Shown: one piece after another, positions 38,201-51,172 of the stretch
Numbering within the stretch: position 1 is the stretch's first letter
How the letters are laid out: each line of letters opens with the position of its first letter
Assembly (NCBI GenBank): GCA_002269645.1
Contig: NIVC01001892.1
Coordinates: 160,570-224,569, forward strand
Source of the DNA: Macrostomum lignano
Lineage: Eukaryota
DNA: 64,000 bases
Reading direction: 5' to 3'
Position numbers and translations under genes: made by a program
Notes under the pieces: model-generated
What the model saw: the letters and a program-made list of their open reading frames with translations, nothing else
Database searches by the model: none
Told to the model about the DNA's origin: nothing

Positions 38201-41200
38201 AAGCGAGAGGCTCATTAATCAAAGGGAAGGGTTGGCTTGCCTAACTCACCGTGGGAGAATTCTCATTGGCCCGCGTGCTCAGTTTTGGGGTGGGTGTAGA
38301 ACGGTGGCCCTCTCTCAATGTACGATAACTCCTAGTAGGCTGCTTGCAAGTCAGCGTTCAAACTTTTATGGGAAAACTATTCGACTATATATAATATACT
38401 AGAATTTAGAATTAGAATTTATAATGTATATTAGTACATATAGAATATATACGAGCGTATGGTCAGACACACAAGACAGACAAATCTGCTGACTCATCAG
38501 TTCAAGTGCTTGGAAGGTCAGTTTGTCATTGTGGGGGGACAGAATACTCTCAAGTCGCAATCAGATAGCTCGTAGTAGGACAGTAGTTGAATTCCTTACT
38601 GTACTGTCATGGCTTAACGTTACCAGAGAAGGCTATAAAAAATTATTTCAACTTTCCCTCACAGTTATCCCTATCACCTGATCCTTGTCTGGGGGAAGGG
38701 TGGCTGTCTTGCTGACGAAAAGCAGACTAACTTTAAAAGCTTTAAAAGCGCGGGAAAGCTCGAATTGGCGCCGGAAGCTAAATTTGGCGCCAGGATCCCC
38801 AAATTGGCGCCAGGATCGCCGAATCTGTCTGTCTGCCCGTTTATCTGTCCTTCTCCGTGTTTTTCTGTCTCTCTGTGTGTCTGTACAGGTGTCTGGACTG
38901 TACATGTATGTGTCCAAAAAATTAAATTTTGTGTGTTGAAAAACAAATGGTGTCCTATGGCAACTTACCAATGATGGAAGGGCTGGCCGCCTCGCCCTCG
39001 TCCCCCTCGCCCTCGTCCCCTCGTCCTCGTCCCCCGCCTCGCCCGCCCCGCAAGCCGAATCCAGTATTTCTGTAAAGTTCAAAAGTCGCAATGTAAGTTT
39101 TTTTGAGAGGCGCGCAATTTGTTCTATCAAGATATTTCGGGTGGGGCGGGGATGGGACGTGAATAAGGTCTCTGATAGCGAGAACATTAGAACCAGAGAA
39201 CAAGTGTAAGTTTTACTCTGAGAACTGTTGTTTATTTCATTTATAGTAAATTGCTTATTAACTCTAAACTGCTCAGCTTTTGATGCACAGAGACGTTATA
39301 CATAAACTATAGTTGTGTTGTGTATGAGGCTATTCTGAGATTAACATGAGGAAATCAGATAGGAAGATATGACATTCAGGGATAAGGATGTGAGAATCAG
39401 GAAATCTGGAGATTCGGGGATGCCTTCTCTGACCAGCTACTCCAAGTAGACAGCTACGAAATGTGTCGATTTTAGATTTTAGATTTTGGGTTCTGAAGGG
39501 GCATCCACTGAAGGATCTGAGGGGGCACCCACTGAAGGACCTGAGGGACCAGCCAGTGCAGCCACTGAAGGAACTGCTGGGCATCTAAAAGGTGTTTGAC
39601 AGTGCTGAGAATTAATGAGGTCTTTAGCATAGAGGGGGAGGGATTTTACACCTGAAAATCTGAAATCTCCTACGATCTGCGAGCAGCTTCACTTCTGATC
39701 CCTGCAGCCCTATAGCCTTCTTTTGCTAGCCTGCATATGTATAAGGTATCACCCCATGGACTGATTTATCTGGACCACATACAATACTGAGGACTGTGTT
39801 GATGGGCCGAGACGAAGCCGATCTAGTTACGATTTAAATCGTAAATGAAAGAAATTAGACTGCATATTTAGGAGTATACATTTTAGCATTCAATATTTGA
39901 AAAATATCTAACCCAGCCAGCTGGCCCAGCAGCTGGGCTTGGAGCAGCTGCAGGCGGGCGACGGTTTGCATCTGGAAATAAATTAATATTTACACAAATA
40001 AGCTTGCTGAATTTAATTCTGTGTAATGTAATGTCCTAGTGCATGACCATCAATCTGAAAGCTCAGTAAAGCTTATTCTAACTTGAGACTGTGTCTCGAA
40101 TCTGAGATCTGGAACCTGAAATCTGGAATCTGAGATCTGGGATCTGGAACCTGAAATCTGGAATCTGAGATCTAGATAGCAAAGATATATATAGAAATGA
40201 TTTAGGCAGCAAATGCACGTACTAATGTCTCTCGTTTGCGGACGCGGGCCCAGCGGCGGCCCGCCCGCCGTCTGGCAGCCGCCTCCGCCGGTGCTGCCTC
40301 CGCCGGTGCTGCCTCCGCCTCCGCCGGAGCCGGAGCCGCCGCCGGAGCCGCCGGAGCCGCCGCCGGAGCCGCCGGAGCCGCCGCCGGAGCTGCCGGCGCT
40401 GCCTCCGCCGGAGCCGCCGCCGGAGCTGCCTCCGGAGCTGCCTCCGGAGCTGCCTCCGGAGCTGCCTCCGGAGCTGCCTCCGGAGCTGTCTCCGCCGCCG
40501 CCGGAGCTGCCTCCGCCGCAGCCTCCGACTCGGCGGCCCAGTCAACAGGGCCCTTTTTGGGGCCCTCTTTTTATTCCTTTTTGCCATTGCTGCAAATGAT
40601 TACAGAAATTCTATTATATAAAATTCTAATCCTTTCGAAATTTATATTTTTATATACTAAATATGGGAGAAATGGAAGAAGTGACAGATAGGGTGAATAG
40701 GGAAAAATGGGAGAGAAGTGACCTATAGGGTGAATAGGGAAAAGAAATGGGAGAGAAGTGAGAGCTGGGGTGCATTGGGAGATGGGAGAGAGATGATACA
40801 CGATAGAGGAGGGAGTCAGTAGAAAGAAAGAGGAGACAGAGAAGAGAAGAGGGAGTTGGAGTCGTGTGAGTTCTAATACACAGGTATTTTCATGAGAAAA
40901 CAAGACATTAAGAATATATGCACAATATAGGTAATGACTGTTGTATTTTATATATTTAAAAGTTTAGAATCCCGGGATCTGGGATCTGAAATCTGAGACT
41001 GGGATCTGAGATCTGAAATCTGGGATCTGAGATCTGATATATGAAATCTGAGATCTGAAATCGGGGAGATCTGGGATTTAACTAGGGGGCGACCGGGACG
41101 GCCAAAGTCGGGCCCGGGTCAGGCCCGGGAATGAGGACTCGGGCCTGGGTCGGGCCTCGGGAATTCGGGACAAGATCTTTAGGACAGCTCAATAATTGGA

Positions 41201-44200
41201 AAAAAATCATAATAAATATTAATACTTTTAGCATATGCGGATTACTATTAAATATATAATAAATATATTAATATATTAAATCTAATATAATATATTAAAT
41301 GTATAATAAATATATGATAAACATTAAATATATTATAATATATGAATATATTAAATATATAATAATATATAAATATAATATATTATATTAAATATATAAT
41401 AAATATTATTTTTATTTAATACATTAGTTAAGACTTCAGAATAGATAAGAGTTACATTAAAAGACTTAATACTCAAATATCAATATACTCAATAGTTCAA
41501 ATTCAATGTCACTGTGTGGCACAAGTACTGTGTGTGTGCCAGTGACAGTGACACTAACACTTAACAGGCAGTGAGGTAGGCAAGCAGGCACTGCGGTAGT
41601 GCGGCTGGCACTGGCAGTGGCAGTAAGCAAAAAGAAGAAAAGCTGAAGCATTAAGTGTAAGGCACTTGGCATTGGAAGCAGTAAGGAAGTAAGAACCAAA
41701 TCAATTGATTGATTCTTTTATTTGAATTTTTAGTTCCTTTACATAGCTTCAATATAAAGAGCCATGTACACAGTCAGTATTCAGTAAGACAACAAGACAA
41801 GACAACAGAACAGAACACAAGTGAAGTGACAACACAACACAACACTCAACTGTCTCAACAGAACAGGCAAACAGACAATGGAAATACAAGTAATTAGCTG
41901 ATACCTGCCTACCTGCTCACCTACCTACCTAAACGAATATGATTACGAATACGATACTGAGTCTACGACTACAACTACCTACGAATACAATACAAATATG
42001 AACACGATTACAAACTCTGATAGATAGCAAACTTCTTGGAAAAATGGTAGCCTTGGCCCTTAATAAGTACTTCTTGGAACGTAAATAGGAAATGTTATTT
42101 ACAAAAGCTTAAAAATGACAAATCAACTTTTTAAAGAATCATATTTTTGCTTTTAGCCTGCAGCCTGCAGCGTGTAAAGTGGAATCAATATTGCATCAAC
42201 TATGTTTTAATTTTATCTTCCTGGAAAAAATCCGATCTTCCTGGAAAGTGGAAACTGGCTGTGGCTGACGCTCACGGTCACAGACACTCACGCTTAGAGC
42301 CTACTACGAATCAATGATATTGCTACTTCACATCATATCATCTATTACTATTACTGCAGTCGTGCAGTGCTTGAGTCTTGAGTGCTGATGCAATGCTTAA
42401 CTGAGTGTTGTGCTGTGCTGTGAATAAAAATAATTTTATTCTTATTTGCACGCAGTTAGTGCCTTTAGGGAAAAAAGACTTGTCCCGATTTCCCGACTTT
42501 TTTAGGGTCGGGCCCGGGCCCGGGTCGGGCCACGATTTTGGTCGGGATTCCCGACTTTTCGGGCCCGGGCCCGGGACTGGGTCGCCCCCTAGATTTAACT
42601 AGCTATATACTAACTGTGATTGTTAGCCAACCGTGTTTTTGTGAACAGGGTTGTTGCCTCTCCTGCACCACGCAGAGGTCATCACAACGCAGGAGTGGGG
42701 ATCTGGATGTATGCAAAGTGACAATAATTACCCCAGCAAAGTATACAGAATTGATTTGCAAAGTGGGCAAAGTCACAGCAGTGAACCAGATCTTCTGCCA
42801 CAGCATTTTCTGCAAAGCGGCCAGTCTTGCAAAGAGACTGAGGATTGCTTTACTGAGTATAACATCAGTTAAGTTTAAAACAGACAGTTTTTTGGCTCTT
42901 TTAATTCGAATAGATGCATGCTTAACTATAGCGAAAAGCAGCCGAGCGGCCAAATAAACTGATAGTAGTCGGATTGGCTCTCGTCTCTATAGCTGAATGA
43001 GACATACCTGTTTGATTACTGTTAACACTTGAGACGCAGGCGTTAGTCAGTACAATAGCAGCTCCCTGCGGCTGCGCTTGCACTGTTGCACTGCTGTTTT
43101 CCATGTGAAAAAATTCTCGATAAGCACTGATTCCAGGTCCAAGCTCGTAGTTATCAAACTCATCAGGTTTGTCTGCCGGGATGTTCACTTCAGCACTCGT
43201 GGCTGGTGTTGCAGTAGCCGTGGCAGGTGTTGCAGTTGCAGCGGCCGTGGCAGGTGTAGCAGTTGCAGCGGCCGTGGCAGGTGTAGCAGTTGCAGCGGCC
43301 GTGGCAGGTGTAGCAGTTGCAGCGGCCGTGGCAGGTGTAGCGGCGCTCGAATGCCCTGCACTTTCAATAAGATCAGAATGTTGGTAATTGACAAATACCA
43401 GATCCGTATTTTCCAACTTTTCAACCAACTGAACACATTCCGCCCTGTTTAAATGATGGGGTGACTTGAAATCGAGAGAAAATCTTCCGCGTGCAAATCT
43501 GGTTTTGTTTCGCTTGTCACTCTCCATTTGCTTCCATGGAATCGGGCCTCTGTTTCCAGCTCTCTTGAAAGCAGTCGTTGCTTTCTCCTGGATTGACAGT
43601 CTCAGCTTCTTCACATCACGAAAAGCGTTGGAAGGTCCGGTAGCTTCAGCTCGAACTGATGCTTCTGTCGTAGCTTCCATTCGGGCTTGAGAGGCGATTT
43701 TTTCTTCTCGATAATATTCCTCTCCTTTCTTGATGATATCAGAAAGCTGTTTCACCGCTGCAGTTAATTCCTCTTGAACTCGGGAAGATACTCCATCAGA
43801 TACGTAACATTCGGGCATATCTGTTGGTATGGATGGAGGAATAACGACGCAGAAAGATTTTTGAGCTCGTTTCAAGTCGACCAGAATGCTGCTTTTAAAA
43901 TCTCTCGGACGATCTTTAGCCCTCTGCCTAAGAGCGTTTTTCTCGTCCTGCGTAAGAGCCTGGTATTCAGCCTTGAGGGCAGGTGTCCATTCTAAAAGTA
44001 ATTGTGGAATGTATGGGATATACAGGAATCGTAGATTCAGATTCAGACGGACACACAGAGAGACAGACAGACGGACAGACAGACAGACGGACACTCTGAC
44101 AGACAGACACTCTGACAGACAGACACTTTGACAGACAGACACTTTGACAGACAGACAGACAGACAGACAGAAAGACGGACAGACACTCTGACAGACACAG

Positions 44201-44237
44201 ACAGACAGACAGACGGACAGAAAAACAGACACACTCT

Positions 44238-44279
<42 letters not shown>

Positions 44280-44959
44280 AAGACAGAAATACAGACAGAC
44301 AGAAAGACAGCCATACAGACAGACAGACAGAAAGACGGACAGACACTCTGACAGACACAGACAGACAGACAGACAGACACTCTGACAGACAGACAGACAG
44401 ACAGAAAAACAGACACACTCTGACAGGCAGACAGACAGACAGACAGACAGAAAGACAGAAATACAGACAGACAGAAAGACAGATATACAGACAGACAGAC
44501 AGACAGAAAGACAGACGTACAAACAGACAGACAGACAGACAGACAGAAATACAGACAGACAGACATACAGACAGACAGACAGAAAGACAGACATACAAAC
44601 TGGGTTTTTTTCGTCCATAACTTGGGTGCGATTTCGCACCCTGTGCTAGATTTCAGGGTGCGATTTTCAAGACCAGAATGCGCTGCACTGCTGCAGACAA
44701 AAACTTGCAAATATTTGGGTGCGCTTTTTGCACCCTGAGTCAAATTTCAGGGTGCGATTTTTAAGACCAGGATGCTATTCGCACCCATTCGCACAAAAAA
44801 AACCCAGCATACAAACAGACAGACAGACAGAAAGACAGAAATACAGACAGACAGACAGACCTGAAATCTGGAATCTGAGATCTAAGATCTGAGATCTAGA
44901 TAACGAAGATATATATAGACAGATATATATAGACAGACAGAGAGACGGACAGACACTCT

Positions 44960-44990
<31 letters not shown>

Positions 44991-45155
44991 GGACACCCTG
45001 ACAGACAGACAGACGCTGACAGACAGACAGAAAGACGGACAGACACTGACAGACAGACAGACAGACAGACACACTCTGACAGACATACAGACAGACAGAC
45101 AGACACATACAGACAGACAGACCATGACAGACAGACAGAAAGACGGACAGACACT

Positions 45156-45195
<40 letters not shown>

Positions 45196-45279
45196 CACTC
45201 TGACAGACATACAGACAGACAGACAGACACATACAGACAGACAGACCATGACAGACAGACAGAAAGACGGACAGACACT

Positions 45280-45321
<42 letters not shown>

Positions 45322-45656
45322 AAGACGGACAGACACTCTGACAGACAGACAGACAGACAGAAAGACAGACACACTCTGAAAGACAGACAGACACTCTGAC
45401 AGACAGACAGACACATACAGACAGACAGACAGACGGACAGACAGGCAGTAAGACAGACATACAGACAGACAGACAGACACTAAGACAGACAGACAGACAG
45501 ACGGACAGACACTCTGACAGACGGACAGACAGACAAAAAGACAGACATACAGACACGACACAGGGATAACTAGAAATATTTGACCAGACTAAAAAATTTT
45601 TACTCACTTGCACCTCCGTGCTCGCTCAAAAACTGTGTGGCTGCCGTGTGAACCAT
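35264..45656 (-). CDS. Tentative multi-exon gene: N-terminal HMG-box-like segment, low-complexity linkers, uncharacterised C-terminal domain (may be two genes)
   Basis: Candidate exons complement(45608-45656, 43008-43991, 40223-40589, 38969-39069, 36201-36380, 35264-35583) have chaining phases (1,1,2,1,1). E1+E2 read [41 protein letters not shown] (HMG-like). The 40223/39069 junction creates TA|A, so a single ORF is not established. Confidence 0.4.
35886..36115. repeat. (TCTG)n-type degenerate microsatellite
   Basis: Visible tetranucleotide tract. Confidence 0.9.
41083..42591. mobile_element. Non-autonomous hAT-like DNA transposon, 1509 bp
   Basis: TIRs TAGGGGGCGACC (41083) and GGTCGCCCCCTA (ends 42591). 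Exact 8-bp TSD GATTTAAC at 41075-41082 and 42592-42599. Subterminal GGGCCCGGG/GTCGGG repeats, AT-rich interior, no transposase ORF. Confidence 0.88.
44050..45550. repeat. (CAGA)n degenerate microsatellite, interrupted by a MITE
   Basis: Source of the spurious VCLSVCLS ORFs. Confidence 0.95.
44600..44807. mobile_element. 208-bp MITE inserted into a (CAGA)n tract
   Basis: TIRs CTGGGTTTTTTT and AAAAAAACCCAG. Exact 8-bp TSD CATACAAA at 44592-44599 and 44808-44815. Internal repeated GGGTGCGA motifs. Confidence 0.8.
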
Positions 45657-46139
45657 ATCTGAGAGTAAAAGTTGTAGGGAATAATTTCTCTTACGACTGT
45701 GTAATAAACAACAACAGAAAAACTGTTTTGTTGAGCATGATTTCTACCCCTAGAATCCCTGTAATTATTTTTATTACGCTGAATTGTAGTTCACTTAAAA
45801 CATACACACAAACAACGCGTCAGTTTTAGTTTTTGGAATCATAGAGTTTTAATTAGACTTTGGAATATTTAATGACTTAGATCATAGCGATTCAAACTAA
45901 GGCCCTCAATATAAAATCACTGAAATTTGCAGAATATGACAACGATCACTTAGCTAAGCTACTTAGTACTTTTTGTACTTTTTTGTCTTGATCGCCTGTC
46001 TGTCTTAAAATTGCCCAGCGATTAAAATTCGCTGGAGCTGGAGTGGCGACACTGCACCCGATTTAAAATTCAAATCAATTACGCTTCTTTATTCTAGAAA
46101 TTCAATTTCTTCCAAAGTCTCTAAAAGTCTCTTGATCTT

Positions 46140-47190
46140 CTACTCTCCTCTCCCCTCTACTCTACTCTCCCCCCTCTACTCTACTTTCCTCTCCCCTTCC
46201 CCTCTACTCTACTCTCCTCTTCCCTCCCCCTCTACTCTACTCTTCTCTCTCCTCCTCCTCTACTCTCCTCTCCCCCCCTCTACTCTACTCTCTCCTCCTC
46301 CTCTACTCTCCTCTCCCCCCCTCTACTTTACTCTCCTCTACCCTCTACTCTACTCTCCCTCCCCCTCTACTCTACTGTCCTCTCCCCCCTCTACTCGACT
46401 CTCCTCTCCCCTCCCCTTCTACTCGACTCTCCTCTCCCCTCCCCCTCTACTCTACTCTCCTCTTCCCTCCCCCTCTACTCTACTCTTCTCTCCCCTCCTC
46501 CTCTACTCTACTCTCCTCTCCCCCCTCTACTTTACTCTCCTCTACCCTCTACTCTACTCTCCCCTCCCCCTCTACTCTACTGTCCTCTCCCCCCTCTACT
46601 CGACTCTCCTCTCCCCTCCCCTTCTACTCGACTCTCCTCTTCCCTCCCCCTCTACTCTACTCTCCTCTTCCCTCCCCTCTACTCTACTCTTCTCTCCCCT
46701 CCTCCTCTACTGTCCTCTCCTCTCCCCCCTCTACTTTACTCTCCTCTACCCTCTACTCTACTCTCCCCTCCCCTCTACTCTACTGTCCTCTCCCCCCCTC
46801 TACTCGACTCTCCTCTCCCCTCCCCTCTACTCTACTCTCCTCTTCCCTCCCCCTCTACTCTACTCTCCTCTTCCCTCCCCTTCTACTCTACTCTCCTCTT
46901 CCCTCCCCCTCTACTCTACTCTCCTCTTCCCTCCCCCTCTACTCTACTCTCTTCTCCCCCCTCTACCTTACTCTCCTCTACCCTCTACTCTACTCTCCTC
47001 TCCCCTCTACTCTCTGCTCTCTCCTCTCCTCTCCATCTCTACTCTACGTTTCTACTCTCCTCTCTTCACCTCTCCTTCCCCCTCTACTCCTCTACTCTAT
47101 TCTCCTCTCCTCTCCTCAGCTCACCTCTCTACTCTCTCCACACTTCTCCTCTCTACTTTCCCCTCCTTATCTTTCCTCTTCCTTCTCTCC
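46140..47190. repeat. Polypyrimidine (CTCTA/CTCC) low-complexity tract
   Basis: About 1 kb almost devoid of G on the + strand. Confidence 0.92.
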
Positions 47191-47687
47191 TCTCTCCGTA
47201 CTCTGGCCCGAAGTCATGCGCTAAGTTGTCAATCTAGCCCTTGACGGCTTGAAGTAAAAATTTTGCCGACGTCTAAGTTAATGAACAAACAAACTGAAAC
47301 AAGCAAGGATCTATAATGACACTTACCTTCTGCGTTGACTCGAAAATAGACGCCTAAGTAGAAAGTGTAGAAAAAGTGAGAGTTGAATTAGAAAATTAGA
47401 AAGAAGTAAGAAAATTATTTAGTAAGAGAGCGTAGGAAGGAAACTGAGTTTCAGTTGCAAGTGTTTAGAGTTTAGACTGGAGACTGCAGACTGCAGAGTT
47501 AGAGTTCGACGAGCTTTCCAACCGGTTCAAATCGGTTTATACTGGACAGATTGCTTTGTCTGCTTTCTGGGAATTTTCCACTCCCCATTTTCCATTACTG
47601 TTGTTTACGGAAAGTGGGGGAAAGAAACTCCGTGCACTTAGAGGACAAGTGAGTTCGCATCTCCTCATCCAATGGCAGCTCGCTATT

Positions 47688-50635
47688 CTCTTCGGTGGCA
47701 GAGGAATAGAATAGAATAGAATAGAATAGAATAGAATAGAATAGAATAGAATAGAATAGAATACAATAGAATAGAATAGAATAGAATAGAATAGAATAGA
47801 ATAGAATAGAATAGAATAGAATAGAATAGAATACAATAGAATAGAATAGAATAGAATAGAATAGAATAGAATAGAATAGAATAGAATAGAATACAATAGA
47901 ATAGAATAGAATAGAATAGAATAGAATAGAATAGAATAGAATAGAATAGAATAGAATAGAATAGAATAGAATAGAATAGAATACAATAGAATAGAATATT
48001 CTTGGATACTGCACTGTCTAAGAAGAATTATTTATTCTTTTTTCTCTTTAGACTGTTATTTTTGGCTGCTAAGAAATTATTTTACCTCGCGTACTTCAGC
48101 CGCACTACTAAGTAGTGCAAAAAGGATATGAAAGGTAGAATCGTGTTTTATGCGCATAGCGAATGACTTTGCGACTGTCAATACACATTACTGGACTGGT
48201 CACCAGAGGAAATGTGCTATAGCAAATTATCTATGCAACAAACATACTGCGCGAGAACACACTGCCCTTCCATGGGGGCGCTGTATTTGGGAGTGCTGTC
48301 TTTGGGTGGCGCTTGATCTCGCCACACTGATTTTGGGCGAGATTCTTACCAGCCCTCTGAGATCCGCCCTCTCTCCCCGGATTCACCCAGCAGCGCAAGC
48401 CGGTGGTGGGCAGCAGGAGGCCATCGGGCTGCAGAGGCCCCAAACCGGAGCCCCACAGAAGCTGCTGCTCTTCGGTGGCAGAGGAATAGAATAGAATAGA
48501 ATAGAATAGAATAGAATAGAATAGAATAGAATAGAATAGAATAGAATAGAATAGAATAGAATACAATAGAATAGAATATTCTTGGATACTGCACTGTCTA
48601 AGAAGAATTATTTATTCTTTTTTCTCTTTAGACTGTTATTTTTGGCTGCTAAGAAATTATTTTACCTCACGTACTTCAGCCGCACTACTAAGTAGTGCAA
48701 AAAGGATATGAAAGGTAGAATCGTGTTTTATGCGCATAGCGAATGACTTTGCGACTGTCAATACACATTACTGGACTGGTCACCAGAGGAAATGTGCTAT
48801 AGCAAATTATCTATGCAACAAACATACTGCGCGAGAACACACTGCCCTTCCATGGGGGCGCTGTATTTGGGAGTGCTGTCTTTGGGTGGCGCTTGATCTC
48901 GCCACACTGATTTTGGGCGAGATTCTTACCAGCCCTCTGAGATCCGCCCTCTCTCCCCGGACTCACCCAGCAGCGCAAGCCGGTGGTGGGCAGCAGGAGG
49001 CCATCGGGCTGCAGAGGCCCCAAACCGGAGCCCCACAGAAGCTGCTGCTCTTCGGTGGCAGAGGAATAGAATAGAATAGAATAGAATAGAATAGAATAGA
49101 ATAGAATAGAATAGAATAGAATAGAATAGAATAGAATACAATAGAATAGAATATTCTTGGATACTGCACTGTCTAAGAAGAATTATTTATTCTTTTTTCT
49201 CTTTAGACTGTTATTTTTGGCTGCTAAGAAATTATTTTACCTCGCGTACTTCAGCCGCACTACTAAGTAGTGCAAAAAGGATATGAAAGGTAGAATCGTG
49301 TTTTATGCGCATAGCGAATGACTTTGCGACTGTCAATACACATTACTGGACTGGTCACCAGAGGAAATGTGCTATAGCAAATTATCTATGCAACAAACAT
49401 ACTGCGCGAGAACACACTGCCCTTCCATGGGGGCGCTGTATTTGGGAGTGCTGTCTTTGGGTGGCGCTTGATCTCGCCACACTGATTTTGGGCGAGATTC
49501 TTACCAGCCCTCTGAGATCCGCCCTCTCTCCCCGGATTCACCCAGCAGCGCAAGCCGGTGGTGGGCAGCAGGAGGCCATCGGGCTGCAGAGGCCCCAAAC
49601 CGGAGCCCCACAGAAGCTGCTGCTCTTCGGTGGCAGAGGAATAGAATAGAATAGAATAGAATAGAATAGAATAGAATAGAATAGAATAGAATAGAATAGA
49701 ATAGAATACAATAGAATAGAATATTCTTGGATACTGCACTGTCTAAGAAGAATTATTTATTCTTTTTTCTCTTTAGACTGTTATTTTTGGCTGCTAAGAA
49801 ATTATTTTACCTCGCGTACTTCAGCGCACTACTAAGTAGTGCAAAAAGGATATGAAAGGTAGAATCGTGTTTTATGCGCATAGCGAATGACTTTGCGACT
49901 GTCAATACACATTACTGGACTGGTCACCAGAGGAAATGTGCTATAGCAAATTATCTATGCAACAAACATACTGCGCGAGAACACACTGCCCTTCCATGGG
50001 GGCGCTGTATTTGGGAGTGCTGTCTTTGGGTGGCGCTTGATCTCGCCACACTGATTTTGGGCGAGATTCTTACCAGCCCTCTGAGATCCGCCCTCTCTCC
50101 CCGGACTCACCCAGCAGCGCAAGCCGGTGGTGGGCAGCAGGAGGCCATCGGGCTGCAGAGGCCCCAAACCGGAGCCCCACAGAAGCTGCTGCTCTTCGGT
50201 GGCAGAGGAATAGAATAGAATAGAATAGAATAGAATAGAATAGAATAGAATAGAATAGAATAGAATAGAATAGAATAGAATAGAATACAATAGAATAGAA
50301 TATTCTTGGATACTGCACTGTCTAAGAAGAATTATTTATTCTTTTTTCTCTTTAGACTGTTATTTTTGGCTGCTAAGAAATTATTTTACCTCGCGTACTT
50401 CAGCCGCACTACTAAGTAGTGCAAAAAGGATATGAAAGGTAGAATCGTGTTTTATGCGCATAGCGAATGACTTTGCGACTGTCAATACACATTACTGGAC
50501 TGGTCACCAGAGGAAATGTGCTATAGCAAATTATCTATGCAACAAACATACTGCGCGAGAACACACTGCCCTTCCATGGGGGCGCTGTATTTGGGAGTGC
50601 TGTCTTTGGGTGGCGCTTGATCTCGCCACACTGAT
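47688..50635. repeat. ~575-bp satellite, 4 full + 1 partial units, each with a variable (AATAG)n block
   Basis: Repeated ORF starts at 48150, 48730, 49305, 49874 and 50454; each unit begins CTCTTCGGTGGCAGAGG(AATAG)n. Confidence 0.95.
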
Positions 50636-50929
50636 CCATTGGCACTGGAGTTATCGCAGCTATTCTTAACAAAATAACTCAGGTTGAAAGAGATCTTGCA
50701 GAGTGGATCGCGAATAATATATATTTGCTACTTTTCCTCTGCAGTGCTTGAGGCTCTAGCTTAATCAGCTTTCCAGATATTCAATGGCGGAGATTCCGAA
50801 AAATTCTAATGTATTCAAATGGGGGAATTCGGGAAAATCAATCAGGAATTGCCAAGCTGTAGTAATAAACTCAGATTTGAGATTCTACAGATCATTAGAG
50901 CGTGCCAGTCGGTGTCTTCCGCAGAATGA

Positions 50930-51172
50930 AGGTTCTTGGGTCAGGATAGGAGATTCTTGGGTGAGGCTATTCTTGGGTCAGCATGGAAGATTCTTGGGTC
51001 AGGATAGGAGATTCTTGGGTGAGGCTATTCTTGGGTCAGCATGGAAGATTATTGGGTCAGGATAGGAGATTCTTGGGTGAGGCTATTCTTGGGTCAGCAT
51101 GGAAGATTCTTGGGTCAGGATAGGAGATTCTTGGGTGAGGCTATTCTTGGGTCAGCATGGAAGATTCTTGGG
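50930..51172. repeat. 58-bp repeat x4 built from three ATTCTTGGGT subunits
   Basis: Visible period of 58. Confidence 0.9.

Noticed and set aside
42600-42860. Cys-rich segment resembling a PHD/ADD finger (LCRKCC...; DLVHCCDF...FCILC)
   Set aside because: The two halves are in different frames and no consistent splice model joins them.
43967-45613. VCLSVCLS-type ORFs, and the N-terminal part of the 558-aa ORF 42922-44598
   Set aside because: Translations of the (CAGA)n microsatellite; only 43008-43991 behaves as an exon.
47537-50669. Repeated YSILF and MRIANDFAT ORFs
   Set aside because: Products of the (AATAG)n-containing satellite; no recognisable domain or splice support.
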